A stretch of 18,815 nucleotides of DNA. Source: Myxococcota bacterium. GTDB taxonomy: Bacteria > Myxococcota > SpSt-1050. The position numbers were made by a program, and so were the translations under genes. The stretch lies in NCBI GenBank assembly GCA_049969675.1, contig JBMFOP010000062.1, positions 1 through 18,815 on the forward strand, read 5' to 3'. Below, piece by piece: positions 16,408 through 18,815 of the stretch. A model generated the notes under the pieces. The model was not told where the DNA came from. It saw only the letters and a list, made by a program, of their open reading frames with translations, and searched no databases. The stretch's first letter is position 1. Each line of letters opens with the position of its first letter.

Positions 16408-17802
16408 ATGCCCGATATATTGATTGTAGAGGATGAGGAGAGTCTCAGACAGGTTTTGAGCATCAATTTTGAGAGGGAGGGTTTCAGTTCTGATCAGGCA
16501 GAGAGTTTTATTCAGGCAAAGGAGTTGATGAATTCAAAGAACTATGATGTCATTCTGACGGATTATAGACTTAAGGGCTCTTCTGGTTTTGATGTCTTGA
16601 GATATCAGCAGGAGAAGATGCCATTTGCTCAGACAATCCTGATGACGGCCTATGCTACTGTGGAGAATGCGATTGAGGCATTGAAGTTGGGGGCATATCA
16701 CTACCTTATCAAACCTCTCAAAATGGAGGAACTCAATGCCATTGTCAGAAAGGCGATAGAGAAGTCAAGGATACTCAATGAAAACTATCTCTTAAGACAG
16801 AGACTGAGGAGTCAATATTCTATTGAGAATCTCATTGGCAAATCCGCCTCAATGCTTAGGATTTTTGATATCATTAAAAAGGTAGCTGATACAAGAACTA
16901 CTGTGATGATAACCGGGCAGAGTGGAACCGGTAAGGAGGTTATAGCACGGGCAATTCATAATCTCTCAAACAGGAGGGACCAGAAATTTGTTGTAGTCAA
17001 TTGTGGGGCACTTCCCGAATCTCTATTTGAGTCCGAACTCTTTGGGCATGTAAAAGGCGCATTTACAGGGGCGATCTCAGATAAGCAGGGACTTGTAGAG
17101 ATAGCAGATAACGGGACGCTCTTTTTAGATGAGATAACAGAGATGCCACCCTCACTACAGGTAAAATTACTGGGTCTTTTACAGAATTCAAGGGCGAGGA
17201 GAGTAGGCGCAACAGACGAATATGAGGTAGACATAAGAGTCATTGTCGCCTCAAATAGAGATATTGAAGAGGAGGTCAGACTGGGGAGATTCAGAGAAGA
17301 CCTTTACTATAGAATAAATGTAATAAGGATAGAAGTCCCTCCTCTTAGAGATAGAAAAGAGGATATCCCTCTATTACTTGATAATTTCATAAGATTGTAT
17401 TCCGCTGAACAGAATAAGGCAATAACGGGCATAAGCGAAGAGGCACTTAAATTAATTATGAATTATGACTTCCCAGGAAATGTCAGGCAGCTTGAGAATA
17501 TAATAGAGAGAGCTGTTACCCTTACAAAAGAGGGGAAGATTGATGTGGATGTCCTTCCGGATTTCTTAAGGGGAAATATATGTGAACCAGTAAAGAGCAT
17601 CTATCAATATGGAGGGATAGACCTTGATGCCCGGCTCTCTGAGATTGAGAAGGATGCAATTCTTATGGCATTGAAGGAGGCACAGGGGAAGAAGATGCAG
17701 GCAGCAAAACTGCTTGGACTAACATTCAGGTCATTTAGATATAGATTGATAAAGTATGGACTTGCAAAAGAGGGTGAAGCAGAAGAGGAGAAGGAAGATT
17801 AA
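16408..17802 (+). CDS. pilR: Sigma54-dependent response regulator PilR (NtrC family)
   Basis: ATG 16408 with SD GGGGAG. Receiver (VEDE, LTDY, MTA, KP), GQSGTGKE, ESELFGHVKGAFTGA, LFLDEI, FREDLYYRI, FPGNVRQLEN, Fis-type HTH AAKLLGLTFRSFRYRL. Confidence 0.92.
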   Translation: MPDILIVEDEESLRQVLSINFEREGFSSDQAESFIQAKELMNSKNYDVILTDYRLKGSSGFDVLRYQQEKMPFAQTILMTAYATVENAIEALKLGAYHYLIKPLKMEELNAIVRKAIEKSRILNENYLLRQRLRSQYSIENLIGKSASMLRIFDIIKKVADTRTTVMITGQSGTGKEVIARAIHNLSNRRDQKFVVVNCGALPESLFESELFGHVKGAFTGAISDKQGLVEIADNGTLFLDEITEMPPSLQVKLLGLLQNSRARRVGATDEYEVDIRVIVASNRDIEEEVRLGRFREDLYYRINVIRIEVPPLRDRKEDIPLLLDNFIRLYSAEQNKAITGISEEALKLIMNYDFPGNVRQLENIIERAVTLTKEGKIDVDVLPDFLRGNICEPVKSIYQYGGIDLDARLSEIEKDAILMALKEAQGKKMQAAKLLGLTFRSFRYRLIKYGLAKEGEAEEEKED

Positions 17803-17805
17803 TCT

Positions 17806-18696
17806 ATGTGGGGAATAATGTACTCAAATCAAACACTGTCTCTTCTCATCAAAATATCTGCATTTATTATTGGAACATTTTTAGGTTCTTTCTTAAATGT
17901 CTGCATATACAGGATCCCATATCGTAAATCAATTCTATATCCGGGTTCAAGGTGTTTTCTCTGTCTGACCCCACTCAGATGGTATCACAATCTCCCAGTG
18001 TTAGGGTATTTCTTACTCGGTGGGAGATGTGCCTTCTGTCATCAGAAATTCTCAATCAGATATGCCGTTGTGGAATTTTTAATGGGGTGGATATCTCTCT
18101 CACTATTTACCACCACAACCGATTTCTTTAGCTATATAGTATATCTCATATTTATGGGTGCAATAATCGTTCTGAGTTTCATAGATATAGACCATTGGTT
18201 GCTTCCAGATAGAATTACTATTCCAGTGGGAATACTCGGCATTCTCCTCTCTCTCTTTAATCCCGTAATGCCCAATGGAAATTTTATGGATGTCAAATCT
18301 TCATTTATTGGGGCATTTGTTGGATTTTCTATAATGTATCTATTAGGATTTTTTGCCTCAAAAATACTCGGTAAGGAGGCACTTGGGGGCGGTGATATAA
18401 AATTTATGGCAATGATTGGGGCATTTCTTGGCTGGAGGTCATTTATACCTGTACTTCTTATGGCGGCCCTTCAGGGCTCAATATTTGGATCTTTACAAAT
18501 TCTGTATTTTAAGATTCAAAAGAAGGAAGTTGTCTTAAATAACAACGGCATATATTCTGTCTTCAAAGATAAGTCAGATTTGTTTACCCCTACCTCTCAT
18601 CATATACCTTTTGGACCATTTCTCGGACTCGCCGCTTATGAATATCTCATCTGGGGAACCAGATTAATAAATACAATCTTTAGATTGAATTTTTGA
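17806..18696 (+). CDS. pilD: Prepilin peptidase/N-methyltransferase PilD
   Basis: Motifs GSFLNVCIYRIP, SRCFLC and GRCAFC (Zn), FIDIDHWLLPD, GGGDIK and IPFGPFL. Alternative start ATG 17818. Confidence 0.95.
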   Translation: MWGIMYSNQTLSLLIKISAFIIGTFLGSFLNVCIYRIPYRKSILYPGSRCFLCLTPLRWYHNLPVLGYFLLGGRCAFCHQKFSIRYAVVEFLMGWISLSLFTTTTDFFSYIVYLIFMGAIIVLSFIDIDHWLLPDRITIPVGILGILLSLFNPVMPNGNFMDVKSSFIGAFVGFSIMYLLGFFASKILGKEALGGGDIKFMAMIGAFLGWRSFIPVLLMAALQGSIFGSLQILYFKIQKKEVVLNNNGIYSVFKDKSDLFTPTSHHIPFGPFLGLAAYEYLIWGTRLINTIFRLNF

Positions 18697-18735
18697 CCAT
18701 TGTTTCCTAATTCGGCATAGCCGAAATCAAAAGCC

Positions 18736-18767
18736 ATAAAAATCTTCTTGCATTTTGCGTAGAAGAT
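18736..18767 (-). terminator. Putative intrinsic terminator for a convergent minus-strand gene
   Basis: Minus strand reads ATCTTCTACGCA-AAA-TGCAAGAAGAT, an imperfect hairpin, followed by TTTTAT. It lies just downstream of a minus-strand TAG at 18783-18781. Confidence 0.4.
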
Positions 18768-18780
18768 ACAATTAAAGAAT

Positions 18781-18815
18781 CTATACATCAAATCCGTTAT
18801 AGTAATATCCCCATC
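18781..18815 (-). CDS. Possible 3' end of a convergent gene running off the window edge (...WGYYYNGFDV-stop)
   Basis: Short open frame at the window edge ending in TAG, followed by the hairpin and T tract above. Too short to identify. Confidence 0.25.
   Translation of the reverse strand, partial: WGYYYNGFDV

Noticed and set aside
9158..17243. Short minus-strand ORFs within the pil operon
   Set aside because: Antisense shadows of conserved pil genes.

Overview
Densely coding, AT-rich bacterial window. Gene order and protein tails suggest a Deltaproteobacteria/Myxococcota-like organism (inference). There are three blocks. (1) + strand, 109-2244: a secreted FN3/calcineurin-like metallophosphoesterase with an Asp/Ser-rich stalk and an unusual SGCGCLIIE-stop tail, followed by a truD that lacks its central TRUD domain. 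(2) - strand, 8811-2378: a tightly coupled operon encoding Pcm with a signal-like N-terminus, a glycerophosphodiester phosphodiesterase, a PqsE-like MBL hydrolase, a dihydropyrimidinase-like amidohydrolase, and xanthine-dehydrogenase-family Mo and 2Fe-2S subunits (no FAD subunit). A startless 43-codon open frame follows it. (3) + strand, 8985-18696: a type IVa pilus operon pilB1-pilB2-pilT-pilC-pilS-pilR-pilD, with two tandem full-length PilB paralogues and no pilA. No CRISPR array, RNA gene or mobile element was recognised. The best leads are the transmembrane-less MYXO-CTERM/CaaX-like tail, the dual PilB motor, the orphan PqsE homologue and the minimal TruD. All family assignments come from motif recognition by eye; no searches were run.
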